From: Octopus sinensis
Lineage: Eukaryota
NCBI RefSeq assembly: GCF_006345805.1
Contig: NC_043003.1
Coordinates: 39,432,001-39,496,000, forward strand
Direction of reading: 5' to 3'
Length of the DNA stretch: 64,000 bases
Shown here: one piece after another, positions 25,011 to 38,713 of the stretch
How positions within the stretch are numbered: the stretch's first letter is position 1
Layout of the letters: each line of letters starts with the position of its first letter
Made by a program: the position numbers and the translations under genes
The notes under the pieces: model-generated
The model's input: the letters and a program-made list of their open reading frames with translations, nothing else
Databases searched by the model: none
Told to the model about the DNA's origin: nothing

Positions 25011-25243
25011 TTTTAATACCTTTTTTCCATCTCTTTAATTTTCTCTACTATTTCTGCTCTGTGTAAGTTGGGTTAGTTAATATAAATATCTATATATTTA
25101 TACATACAAATTCATCATCTGAAAGTTTCCACCTTTGCTTTCTCTTGTTTTGCATGTATACATATATACATATTTTATATTTGATGTATTTAATATATTT
25201 AATATATTTGATGTGTCTAATTTGTTTATCAGCATAATTGCTC

Positions 25244-25279
<36 letters not shown>

Positions 25280-27429
25280 ACACATAAACAATTTCTTGAA
25301 AGCAGACACGAGTTCTATTTAGATTAATAGAAACTTTTCAAGCTAGAATTTAAATCTTGGTATTCGAAAATCCCAGTCAGGCGCAGAAGTGGCTGTGTGG
25401 TAAGTAGCTTGCTTACCAACCACATGGTTCCGGGTTCAGTCCCACTGCGTCACATCTTGGGCAAGTGTCTTCTGCTATAGCCCTGGGCCGACCAATGCCT
25501 TGTGAGTGGATTTGGTAGACGGAAACTGAAAGAAGCCTGTCATATATATGTATATATATATATGTTTATGTGTGTGTGTTTGTGTGTCTGTGTTTGTCCC
25601 CCTAGCATTGCTTGACAACCGATGCTGGTGTGTTTACGTCCCCGTCACTTAGCGGTTCGGCAAAAGAGACCAATAGAATAAGTACTGGGTTTACAAAGAA
25701 TAAGTCCCGGGGTCGATTTGCTCGACCAAAGGCGGTGCTCCAGCATAGCCACAGTCAAATGACTGAAACAAGTAAAAGAGAAAAGAGTAAAGAGAGAGTT
25801 TTTCAAAGATTTCGTCAGGCCCTTTAAGAATGAAGGAATAAAAAGAAATTTTAAATGTTATATTTTCTTGAGTATCTTTACAATGTTCTTTCACTTTAAT
25901 GCAATCTCGTTCATGAACTCATGGAAACAGAACCTTTATGTTATTTGAATAAAAAGATAAGATGTAATTTATAAGCCAACAAATTGTTTTCATTTCATGC
26001 AATCTCTATTGATTCTTAAAATCTCTTAAAATTGTTAATAAACTGAAACAAGAATTTGTTCCAAAAGAATTTCATATTTTTCTTGTTCCAGACTCCTTTT
26101 ATATTTATTGCAAACAGAATGCAGGAGTGGCTGTGTATTAAGTAGCTTGTTTACCAACCACATGGTTCCGGGTTCAGTCCCACTGTGTGGCACCTTGGGC
26201 AAGTGTCTTCTACTATAGCCTCGGCCAACCAAAGCCTTGTGAGTGGATTTGGTAGACAGAAACTGAAAGAAGCCCGTCGTATATATGTATATATATATGT
26301 ATGTGCGTGTATGTTTGTGTGTCTGTGTTTGTCCCCCTAGCATTGCTTGACAACCGATGCTGGTGTGTTTATGTCCCCGTCATTTAGCGGTTCGGCAAAA
26401 GAGACCGATAGAATAAGTACTGGGCTTACAAAGAATAAGTCCCGGGGTCAAGTTGCTTGATTAAAGGTGGTGCTCCAGCATGGCCGCAGTCAAAATGACT
26501 TAAACAAGTAAAGAAACAAAAAAAAAGAGAACATTAAATGATTTCAAAAATCCAGTGTGTTCGGTCTTCTTCTTCATCAGCCTCATTTATTAACTAATCA
26601 GTGTAGTGCTTAAAGTGTTGCAATAACACTTTGGACTTTTGGTTGCAAGAATGGGGTACCATTTGATGGCATAAACATCAAACTGACATTTAAATAGCTA
26701 TGTAAAATCTACACATGACAAGGTGCATTAATTATGACCAGCAGCTCATAGAATGGAATATTTTACACTGAACAGTATTTTTATAACTTCAGGCATATGG
26801 TGCAACTAAAAGAAATCGACAGTAAAATGCTAACACTAGCTCTAGCCCTAGACCTAACCCTAACCCTATGTTTATCCCTATTCCTATCCTAATCCCAGCT
26901 ATTTTTAATTACTTTCTATATGACTGTAAGCGCAGTAGCTTTCACGTGGCATTGCGGAGTGCTTGGGTTTTCAGCACAATGTAGAACATAGTCACCAGTT
27001 ATTGTTAACATTAAGTGTTTCGGCATAGTTGCCTTCTTTCTTAACATTAAACAACATCATCTTACATAAGAGACATGTTTAATTGTTGTGCTTGCTAAGT
27101 TATCCATGTTAAAATACTTTCCATGTGAAAAAACAAGGCTGACCACCTATTCACTACATACCCTAGTAGACTACAGAGATTCTTCCTTTAAATTCAGTCT
27201 TTAGCTATCAAAAGCACAAGTGCAGTTGATTGAGCCAAAAATAAAAAAAATTAAGTTAAATGTTTAATAGATTATTTCCACTTGAAGTTGTTCATTAATG
27301 ATACCTTTGCCTTCCATTCTCTCGGGGTCGATAAAATATGTACCAGTTGAGAACTGGAGTCAGTGTAATCAACTTACCTCCACCCTGACATTGCTGGATT
27401 TGTGCCAGCATTTGAAATTATTATTAGTA

Positions 27430-27990
27430 TTTTGGATTTCTTCCGGTTTGGTCTAATTCCTGGTAGAAATTATGTTGATAGTGGGTTACTACCTGTAACC
27501 TTAGGTATCCACAAGTTTTCAGCTGTCTTTCAAGTGCTTAGAACCCTCCTGATAATCTTTGCTGTCCCTAAGAGACAAACTTTCAGTAGGAGCTCTACTG
27601 GCATCCTGTTCCAACCCCTTTCAGCCATTTCCCTATATCTTGACTTACTGTTCCCATTGCACCAATTATTCTTTTCTACTCTAGGAACAAGGCCTGAAAT
27701 TTTTTGGGAAGGGGGCCAGTCATTTAGATTGACCCTAGTATGCAACTGGTACTTATTTTATCAAACCCGAAAGGATGAAAGGCAAAGTCAACCTTGGTGG
27801 AATTTGAACTCAGAATATAAAGTCAGAAAAACTCCGCTAAGCATTTCGTCTGGTGAGCTAATGTTTCTGCCAGCTCGCTGCCTTCCCAAAGCACTAATTA
27901 TCATAGGCACGACCTTTACTATTTGCATGCTCCAAATTCTTCCTATTTCAAATTTTATTATGGCTATTAGTATTATCATTAATATTACTA
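27430..27990 (-). mobile_element. R4/Dong-like (RLE endonuclease) LINE 3' fragments interrupted by a SINE
   Basis: FEIGRIWSMQIVKVVPMIISALG and ELLLKVCLLGTAKIIRRVLS match the R4-clade C-terminus. Confidence 0.65.
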
Positions 27991-28715
27991 TCATTATTAA
28001 GGCAGTGAGCTGGCAGAATCCTTAGTACACTGGGCAAATTGTTCAGCGGCATCTCGTCCATTTTGAGTTTAAATCCCACCAAGGTTGACTTTGCTTTCCA
28101 TCCTTTCAGGGTCGATAAAATAAGTACCAGTCAAACTGTGGAGGTCTATGTAACCCCACCCCCAAACTTGACGGCCTTGTACCAAAATTTGAAACCGTTA
28201 TTATCATTATTAAAGTGGCAAGCTGGTAGAATTGTTAGCACACCTGTCCAAATGCTTAGCAGCATTTCATCTGTATTTATGTTCTGAGTTCAAATTCCAC
28301 TAGGACTGACATTGCCTTTCATCCTTTCAGGGTTGCTGAATTAAATACCAGTGAAACACTGGGGGTTGATATAAATGATTAGTCCCCTTTCCAAATATTT
28401 CAGGCCTTGTGCCTTTAGTAGAAAGGATTATTATCATCATTATTTCTATTTATTATTATCATTAAAACAAGTTTTTCATACATATATTTCGTTGTTATAT
28501 TTATTGTTACTGAGAATATATATATATATGAGAACATGTGTCTGTATATGTAAGCATATAACTCCTTCATATTATACTACGCATACACAAATATATACTT
28601 GTGAGATGTGATATATGTCCAATATAAGTGTATACATGTGAAATATGATAGCTCATGTACATACATGTTTGCATGTGTGTTTGATAAATATATATATATA
28701 AAATGTAACAGACCC

Positions 28716-28749
<34 letters not shown>

Positions 28750-28879
28750 TAAATACATACATATACACACATATATATATTTATATGAGAGTATATCTGA
28801 GGTGTGTGTGTGTGTGTGTATGTGCGTGTGTGCACATGTGAGATGTGAAACAATACACCATTTTGTACAGTCAGTTCCA

Positions 28880-29086
28880 TCAGTCATCAAGCTGACATAC
28901 AATTGCTACCCCGCAGTTAATCCAGTGTTTTTCTGGTTTATCAGAGGGAAGCTGCAGAAACATTACGAAATTGGTGGAGTGCCCAGTAGTGGACAAAACT
29001 CCACGTCGGGCAGTTGTCTTGTACACTGGACACGAGTAACTTGGCACTGGTGTGAACTTCTCTATATCATTGGGCTTTAGCCAGAT
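28880..29086 (-). CDS. DNAH3: Dynein last coding exon (IWLKP…[22 protein letters not shown]…[15 protein letters not shown])
   Basis: caaag|ATC acceptor; TGA stop at 28880-28882; canonical dynein C-terminus. Confidence 0.92.
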   Translation of the reverse strand: MWLKPNDIEKFTPVPSYSCPVYKTTARRGVLSTTGHSTNFVMFLQLPSDKPEKHWINCGVAIVCQLDD

Positions 29087-29187
29087 CTTTGGTACTGTGT
29101 TAAGGAATATGATACACCATTACACATATATACATACATATATATACACACATACATATATTTACATACACACACACGTGTGTGTGT

Positions 29188-29242
<55 letters not shown>

Positions 29243-30491
29243 TACATATACATATAGAATATATGAGAGAAAGAAAATGGAATTCACGAGATTTTTATTC
29301 AATCCAATTGTTTTAACCTGTCGTGCACCATTGCCTTACAGCTCAGATGCAATACAAACAGTTGTTGTGCATCAAAGATACAGATGTGTTTCATCAAGTG
29401 TCGTATCAAAAGGTACCTCGTGTTTTAATCTCTGTTTTGCCTATTTCTATTAGAATTCATTTTGATAGTTGTAGTGTGTTACTCATTTACATGAAGAACT
29501 AGCTAATGATGTAAAATTCATCTCATACATGTATACATGTCATCATCATCATCTTTGTTTAATGTCCAGCTCTAATACATGAGAGAAAGAAAATGGAATT
29601 CACAAGATCATTATTCAATGCGATTGTTTTGACCTGTCATGCTCTAATGTCTGCTTTGGCATGGTTTCTACTGCAAAGCATTTCATTTCATGTTGGTCTG
29701 CAATCATTTCGGCATCTGACATGGTAAAGTCAGTCTGATGGAGGGAGTGAGCTTATGCCTACACAAATATTTGATCACTATAGACAAATCATCTGTGTGG
29801 AAGTTTATTGAAGGAACCATTGTTGTTCCCATGTGGGAGACTCAAGCCACTGATCACCATTTCCAAAACAAATGAGGTCATGAACCCTATTTTTAATCCT
29901 TTGATTAAGGTACTCTGTGTAATTTATTTCTGTTACAACAGAATGCTACTGAATACCCAGAGTTGATGTCTTAAAAACAAAGTAAAATCAAGAGTTTTAT
30001 AAATCCAGGAGAGAATATAGACAATGCTAAGGATGATTTTTTCAGACTAGAACAAAAATGATAAATTTCATAAATGAGAAATGTCAGCAGAGGAGTGTGA
30101 GAGAGGTAATGTGTTTGACTTGTTTTGACAATATTAGTGCAAACATCATAAAGGATACAACTGGTAGCGGATCAAACAAAATCTTGGGTAAAGATTCTGC
30201 AATGAGTGAAGAGTTCCGGTTCCAACGTGCTCCTTCTAAAAACAAACCCTAGGAAGAAAATTATATAGATAGAATTATATGTAACATTTTACACACACAC
30301 ACACATATTATATAAATATATTCAGGAGTGGCTGTGTTGTAAGTAGCTTGCTTACCAACCACATGGTTCTGGGTTCATTCCCATTGGGTGGCACCTTGGG
30401 CAAGTGTCTTCTACTATAGCCTCGGGCCCACCAAAGCCTTGTGAGTGGATTTGGGAGACGGAAACTGAAAGCAGCCCGTCATATATATGTA

Positions 30492-30547
<56 letters not shown>

Positions 30548-32146
30548 ATATATATAGTGTGTTACCATATGGATGGGAAAGGCTACGTTTTTTTTGTTGA
30601 AGGCTTATATGCTCCATTATTAGACTATTTCCCATAGTGATTGTTATAAGCGTTTGAATGCACTCCTTCAAGTTTCAGCCTTAATATTAAGCGTATTAAT
30701 CTCCTATTGTCACTTGTATATATAGGTTAGCCATATCCTGTAATGTAGTACAAAGAGTACGGCAATGATAAGAGAAAAAAGCATGGGAATTATTTCGGTG
30801 TCAAGTCAAGGCCCATGTTTTTTTCTCCCATATATATACTCTTTTACTCTTCTATTTGTTTCAGTCATTTGACTGCGGCCATGCTGGAGCACCGCCTTTA
30901 GTCAAGCAACTCGACCCCCGGACTTATTCTTTGTAAACCTAGTACTTATTTTATCGGTCTCTTTTTGCCGAACCGCTAAGTTACGGGGACGTAAACACAC
31001 CACCATCCTTTTTATTATTTTCTACATATGTTTCAAAGGGACTTTGCAGCGTTTGAAACATATGTAGAAAATAATAAAAAGGAATTTTGTTAAATCTTCG
31101 TTCAGCTCCATTTCTTCCTACACTATATATATAAACTTCAAATTTCCGCATTAAGGCACGGGTTTGAGACCCCATGGTCGTAACCTCAACCGTGATTTTT
31201 CTGTTGTGATTTTTGCTACCCAGGTATCGGTTATCTTTTGAATAATCCGTAACAAGATAATTCATTTATCCATTTCAATAATATATATATATATATATAT
31301 ATCATCATCATCATCATCATCGTTTAACGTCCATTCTCCATGCTAGCATGGGTTGGACGGTTCGACCGGGGTTCTGGGAAGCCAGAAGGCTGCACCAGGC
31401 TCCAGTCTAATCTGGCAATGTTTCTACAGCTGGATGCCCTTCCTAACGCCAACCACTCCGTGAGTGTAGTGGGTGCTTTTTACGTGCCACCTGCACAGGT
31501 GCCAGGCGAGGCTGGCAACGGCCACGGTCGGATTGGTGTATTTTATGTGCCACCGGCACGGAAGTCAATCGAGGCGGTGCTAGCATTGGCCACGAGTCGG
31601 ATAGTGCTTTTTACGTACCACCAGACCAGGGATCCTGGCTGGTTCAATTCGATTTCGATTTCGCTTGCCCCAACATGTCTTCACAAGCAAAGGGGGTTGG
31701 CATGGGTGCCTGTCGTACAGTCGCATTGGAGTATTTTACGTGCCACGGCCACGAGTCGGATAGTGCTTTTTACATACCACCAGACCAGGGATCCTGGCTG
31801 GTTCAATTCGATTTCGATTTCGCTTGCCCCAACATGTCTTCACAAGCAAAGGGGGTTGGCATGGGTGCCTGTCGTACGGTCGCATTGGAGTATTTTACGT
31901 GCCACGGCCACGAGTCGGATAGTGCTTTTTACGTACCACCAGGTCAGGGATCCTGGCTGGTTCAATTCGGTTTCGATTTCGATTTCGCTTGCCCCAACAT
32001 GTCTTCGCAAGCAGGGGGGGTTGGCATGGGTGTCTGTCGTCGGATGAGGTTCTATATCGACTTCGCTTGCCTCAACAGGTCTTTGTGTCCAAGGGAGGAA
32101 AGGCATTCATAAATGGGCTGGGCTCACTTGTCCTGCCTGGTCTTCT

Positions 32147-32184
<38 letters not shown>

Positions 32185-34359
32185 TGTGTGTTTGTCCCCC
32201 CAACATCGCTTGACAACCGATGGTGGTGTGTTTATGTCCCCGTAACTTAGCGGATCCCCCCAACATCACTTGACAACCGATGGTGGTGTGTTTACGTCCC
32301 CGTAACTTAGCGGTTCGGCAAAAAGAGACCGATAAAATAAGTACTAGGCTTACAAAGAATAAGTCCAGGGGTCGAGTTGCTTGACTAAAGGCGGTGCTCC
32401 AGCATGGCCGCAGTCAAATGACTGAAACAGATAAAAGAGTAAAAGAGTATATATATGGGAGAAAAAAACATGGGCCTTGACTTGACACCAAATTAATTCC
32501 CATGCTTTTTATCATTCCCATGCTTTTTATCTTATCATTGCCGTACTCTTTGTACTACATTACAGGATATGGCTAACCTATATATACAAGTGACAATAGG
32601 AGATTAATACGCTTAATATTAAGGCTGAAACTTGAAGGATTGGTTCTCATGTACTGAGTGCATTCAAATGCTTATAACAATCACTATGGGAAATAGTCTA
32701 ATAATGGAGCATATAAGCCTTCAACAAAAAAAAAACGTAGCCTTTCCCATCCATATGGTAACACACTTTATTGTGTTAAAAAAGGGATATAGGTTTGTGT
32801 CCTACACAGCTAGGAAAGCCTACTTTTCTCTGTTGAGGGCTTACATGCCCCATTATTAGACTATTCTCCTTAGTCTTTGCACAGTGATTGCTATAAGCTT
32901 TATATAAATACTATTATCATTATTTACAGGATTGGAAAACTTGGCAATGTATATATACATAGATATATATATATATAGAGAGATAGAGACAGAGATAGAT
33001 ACACACATTCATACATATGTATATATATATATATATTCATATATACCTACACAGAGACATATTGGTAATGAACTAAAAGAATAGATGCTTAACACTGGTT
33101 GGATGGATAAATAATTTCTTTAAATAAGTAGAATTGTATTATTTTACTAGTACCATAGATATCTGGCAAACAACAAGAAATATCTCTATTTATTCAACTG
33201 GAATTTGAAGTATAAAAGAGACTTCATGAAGTCCAAATATACTTACATTAATGTAAGCACCATTTTCTGGATTTTCTGTCATTTGTTTTTCTACGGGGGT
33301 TACTTCAAACTCAAAACTGATTTGGTCAATAGGGATGGTGTATTTTCTGGCAAAATTCTGAGACACTCCTGCCAAAAGCAATTAGTGAAAAATGGTTTTA
33401 AACTCATTTACATAGAAATTTTTATTTAAACACTTTGAAATTTTTATAGCTAACCGTTGCTCGGGTTTGTAAGGGCAATAACTATATAAGCATTTTTAGT
33501 GAGTTATAGCAAAAAAATAGCAAAAGAATGCATTAAAAATGGAATAAAAAATGATGGTAATTTTTTTTTTAATCGTTGACTCATCGTAGACATTTTTAGA
33601 GAGTTACTTCCCTTATATAATAGCGAAAAATGCCATTAAAATGGAAAAAATGATGGTAATTTTTTTTTTAAATCGTAGACTCATCGTAGACGCGCGCTAA
33701 TACCCAGAAGGGCTCAATATGAATCACGACTATAAGATACCCGGTTTTTGTTAAACTGCACCGCAAAATGTGGGAGTAGTTAGGAATCTAAATCGTAGGA
33801 GACAGACACACAACCTCACTTTTATATATAAAGATTTGTGCAACAACTAAAACATTCGGTTGTGCAAATTGTTTGCACAGGAAACCTGCCCTGTGTGGCA
33901 GTTTTTGCCATTTTTGTGGATCTGTTTCAGCTTTATTAGTGATTTCTGTTTTGGCGACTTCAAGCCATGAAGTCGTTGTTCTAAAAGAACACTGGTCTCC
34001 TTGACAACGCTTTACGACGTTGATTTCCCTACCCTGCCTTCCCCACAGCTTCACGAGGGAGGGAAGAAGGGGGAGAAGCAACACAGGTGCTGGTGTGAGC
34101 ATGGACGCCAACTCCGCCGCCATCGACACACGAAAAAATTGGAAGAAATGGAAAAAAATGTTAAATTATTTTTTAAATCGTAGACTCATCGTAGACACGC
34201 GCTAATACCCAGACGGGCTCGATATGAATCACGACTATAAGATACCCGAATTTGGTTAAACTGCACTGCAAAATGTGGGAGTAGTTAGGAATCTAAATTG
34301 TAGGAGACAGACACTCACACAACTTCACTTTTATATATATAGATTTATCTCTCTTTTTG

Positions 34360-34398
<39 letters not shown>

Positions 34399-34435
34399 TG
34401 GTGATGATGATGATGAAATAATAATAATAATAATG

Positions 34436-34485
<50 letters not shown>

Positions 34486-37400
34486 CATCATCATCCTCAT
34501 CATCATCATTGTCGCTTAACGTCCGCTTTCCATACTAGCATGGGTTGGACAGTTTGACTGAGAACTGGCAAGCCAGAAGGCTGCACCAGGCTCCAATCTG
34601 ATCTGGCAATATTTCTACAGCTGGATGCCCTTCCTAATGCCAACCACTCTGAGAGTGTAGTGGGTGCAATTTATATGCCACCGGCACGAGGGCCAGTCAG
34701 GTGGTACTGGCATCAACCATGCTTGAATGGTGCTTTTTACATGCCACCAGCATGAGAGCCAGTCAGGCAGCACTGAGAATGACCACATTCGAATATTGCT
34801 TTTTATGTGCCACCAGCACAGGACCAGTCAGCCAGCACTGGCATTGACCCACTTGAATGGTGCTTTTTACATGCCACCAACACAGGTGCCAATCAGGCAG
34901 TACTGGCATCAGCCACGACAATAACTTCACTTGACTCAACAGGCCTTTGCAAGTACATTTAATTGCGCAATGATTGAAGGGTACTCTTAAATGGGCCGGT
35001 TATGCTGCACTGGCATAGGACATAGTTATGGTCTCACTTGGCTTGCTGGATCTTCTCAAGCACAGCATATCTCCAAAGGTCTCGGTCACATGTCATCGCT
35101 TCTGTGAGACCCAACGCTCAAAGGTCGTGCTTCACTACCTCATCCCAGGTCTTCCTGGGTCTACCTCTTCCACAGGTTCCCTCTACTGCTAGGGTGTGAC
35201 ACTTTTTCACACAGCTGTCCTCATCCATATGCAACACATGACCATACCAGCATAGTCATATCTCTTGCACACCACATCTGATGCTTCTTATGTCCAACTT
35301 TTCTCTCAGGGCACTTACACTCTGTCGTGTATACACATTGACATTACACATCCAGTGGAGCATACTGGCTTCATTCCTTGCAAGCTTACGCATGACCTCA
35401 GCAGTCACAGCTCATATTTCACTGCCATGTAGCATGGCTGTTCACACACATGCATCATACAGTCTACCTTTTACTCTGAGCGAGAGGCCCTTTGTCACCA
35501 GCAAAGGTAGGAGCTCTCTGAACTTTGCCCAGGCTATTCTTATTCTAGCAGTTACACGCTCAGAACATCCACCCCACTACTGACTTAGTCACTTAGGTAC
35601 TGGAAGCCATCAAATACTTGTAGTTTTTCCCTCTGGAAGCTGTTTTCTGCACATTTTCAGAGGAGAAGTTTTCAGGTGTGGAAGCAAGGTCTAGAATTGA
35701 AGGGCCTTAGAGTCAATCTAGGAAAAACCAAAGTTTTAATAAGTAGGAAGGCAGACAAATCACAAATCACTTCAGGTAGATGGTCCTGCTTGATCTGTAG
35801 AAAAGGCATAGGTAGAAACTCCATAAGATGTACCTGGTGTAAGCTATGGATACATGAGGTACAGCAATATCAAAGGAAGGCTAACTGGGAAGATAGTTTT
35901 TGTGTGTGGAAAATACTCAGGGGCAATAAACACTGAAATAATTTTTTTCAATTTTCTTTACACCCTGTTGACTTGTCTTTTTAGGTAAGATAAAATTGCC
36001 ATATTTTTCATATTCTGAAGGACCTACTTTCCATAACAGTAGTCTCACATTTTCCTCATCTGTCCAACACTTGCATTCTTCCTTGAAAATTTTTGCACAT
36101 CTTCTAAAGTACGCAAAAAAATTTATACCCTCTTCTAGCAAGATTTGAATGCAGAATGCGGAGAGTTGGAAAAAATACTGCAAAGTAATGGTGACGACAT
36201 CTGTCTTCACCTCGTCATTGTCATCATCATCATAATTATTATTTTCATTGATTGTGACAAAAAACAATACTGATGACAATGACAATAATAATGAGATCCT
36301 AGATATATCCAAGACCACACCTTTACAGTTGTGGTGGGGGCTACAATCAAATATCACCAACCTCAAAATAATGAAAAGTAAAGTAAGCCTTAGCAGGATT
36401 TGAACTCAAACCAAGGAGACATACTGTATTTGATGATATATAAGACACTGATTTTACCAAAGAATATCTCAAAAAATTACCCCAGGTTCCATATGAAAAG
36501 TTACTTTAAATATTATATGCTTTGATGTGCTAGAAATTTTTTTCCTGAATATGCACTGCTGAAATTGAGATGCATCAGATATTCCTGTGCATCATTTATG
36601 CTATCGGTTACAGTACTTGCAAAGTATTTTATCTGGTACTCTACAAAGTTTGCTTCTGTGATACTTTAGTAAGGAGAATGATTATTTCTCATATGAGCAA
36701 AAGGGCAGAAATTTTAGGCAGGAGTTAGTCAATTATATCAGTACTATTACTTCACTGATACTTTATTTAATCATGAAGGAAAGGTAACAAATGCACTTGG
36801 TGGGATTTAAACTCAGAATATAAAGAAACAAAACAAACATCACAAGGCATTTTGCGCAAAGCTCTAATAATTCTGCCAATTGATTGGCAAAACAGTTGTG
36901 AAGCAAGAATGTGCGCCACTCAGGGCAACCTTTGAATTTGCCAGCTCCCTCTCCCCTTAACTGATCCTTTTACAGGCTTATGCAGCAGACACAAAAGAAT
37001 CCCTCCCACCACCACGACCACCTTAAATCCTAACTTCGAATGGACCAGCACTTCCACCCACTGCTCCTCTCCCTAGCTCCACTACTGTCTACTGTAATAG
37101 TGAGTTACAGAAGTTAATTAACAAGACCATTAATATTATCCTCCTACTACAAATTAACTTTCTCTTTCCACTTCTCAGTAACTTAGTTTTTTAAAACATA
37201 TTGTTACGGACCACCTGGTGCCGTCGCTCGGTCGATCAGCGAATGTTCCCGCCACGGAAACTCGTCGGAGAGGAGAGCGAGAGATACAACGACAAGGCAA
37301 CAACTGGCTTACATTTAACAACTAGTTTATGACAATCAATTGTTACACATCAAATACATTTAAAGGAAACATTTAAAGGAGGACATGCACGTGACAACTC

Positions 37401-38681
37401 AATACATCATACAACAGATCAAAGCATTTAAACATGCAAGTAACAATATAACAGTCCGGAGACAACAGTTCTATTTCAAAGGTACACGTCCGAAGACACA
37501 TTAAAGGCCTAACAGTTCAATTGTTCATTATACAATGTTCGTATCATAACAATTCACATTACAATTCAAAGTCTTTAACGACTACATCAGAGTCCTTCTT
37601 TTTCTCTCTCTTTCTTCTTTCTCTTTTTTTCTTTTACATCGTAACACATATCAATACAATTAAATACCTTAATTCCTAATTAGAATAGCCAGTGTCCCAT
37701 ATTGCACTTCATCTCTCTCTGTACCGCTAACTCCAACTTGCCAAGCTCCTGAATCCCAACTGCTTGCCCTGACTTCCAAAATCCGACTGCTCGCTTTGAC
37801 GACCAAAATCCGACTACTCGCCTTGACGACCGAATACCAACTGTCCTTCTATCACTACCCCTCAATCTGTCTCTACTGCTCATACCCTCTCCATCTGCTC
37901 TCAGCCCTAACTGCTTATCTCTATCCTCAATCTGTCTTTTAGCCTTATACTCTCTCTATCCCGCCTGGTCCTATGTCCCTATCTTTATTGGCGCTGCTGC
38001 TGTCATCCTCTCTATCTGCTCTCAGATTCCTTACTCTATCTTTCTCACTACTTTCCTCTTCCTCGGCCCTCACATCTCTCTGACCCCCAATCGACCGCAC
38101 AAGGTCAAAAGGTTCCTCCAAAAGCCATTACTCTTCCAGTAAACAAAGGGCTATCACTTTTTACTCCAGACCTGCCGGCGCCACTCCCACAAAGTGGGTC
38201 AAGAAATACTGCACTAGCCAAACCATAACTATATTAACCCCACTCTCTTCGAAAGTTTACCTCTCTCCTCATGACTAGCACAGCTAGAGTATGTGCTGTT
38301 TGAGGCGGCCCTTTCCTTTGCCGTCCTCGAACCCCACAAAAAACATATATTGCCTACAGCAGACCCAAAAGTTGTGCCCCTTTAAAAGTGCCACCCTGGG
38401 TAGACAGCCCCTATGGTCCCCCACTCCAAGCTATGCTAGAGCTCCACATCATCCTTTTTATTTCTTTTTTACTTGTTTCAGTCATTTCATTGCAGTCATG
38501 CTGGGGCACCTTCTCAAAGGGTTTTAGTCGAACAGATCAACCCCAAGACTCTTTTTTTAAGCCTAGTACTTTTTATATCAATCTGTTATGCCAAACTGTT
38601 AAGTTACAGGGACATAAACACACCAACACCAGTTGTCAAGCAGTAGTAGGAGACAAACACAGACACACAAACACACAGATG

Positions 38682-38713
<32 letters not shown>

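Noticed and set aside
27402-28025. 207-aa ORF
   Set aside because: Antisense read-through across R4-like LINE and SINE fragments.
31340-32047. 235-aa ORF with internal repeats
   Set aside because: Produced by in-frame 159-bp tandem units in an RTE 3' UTR copy.
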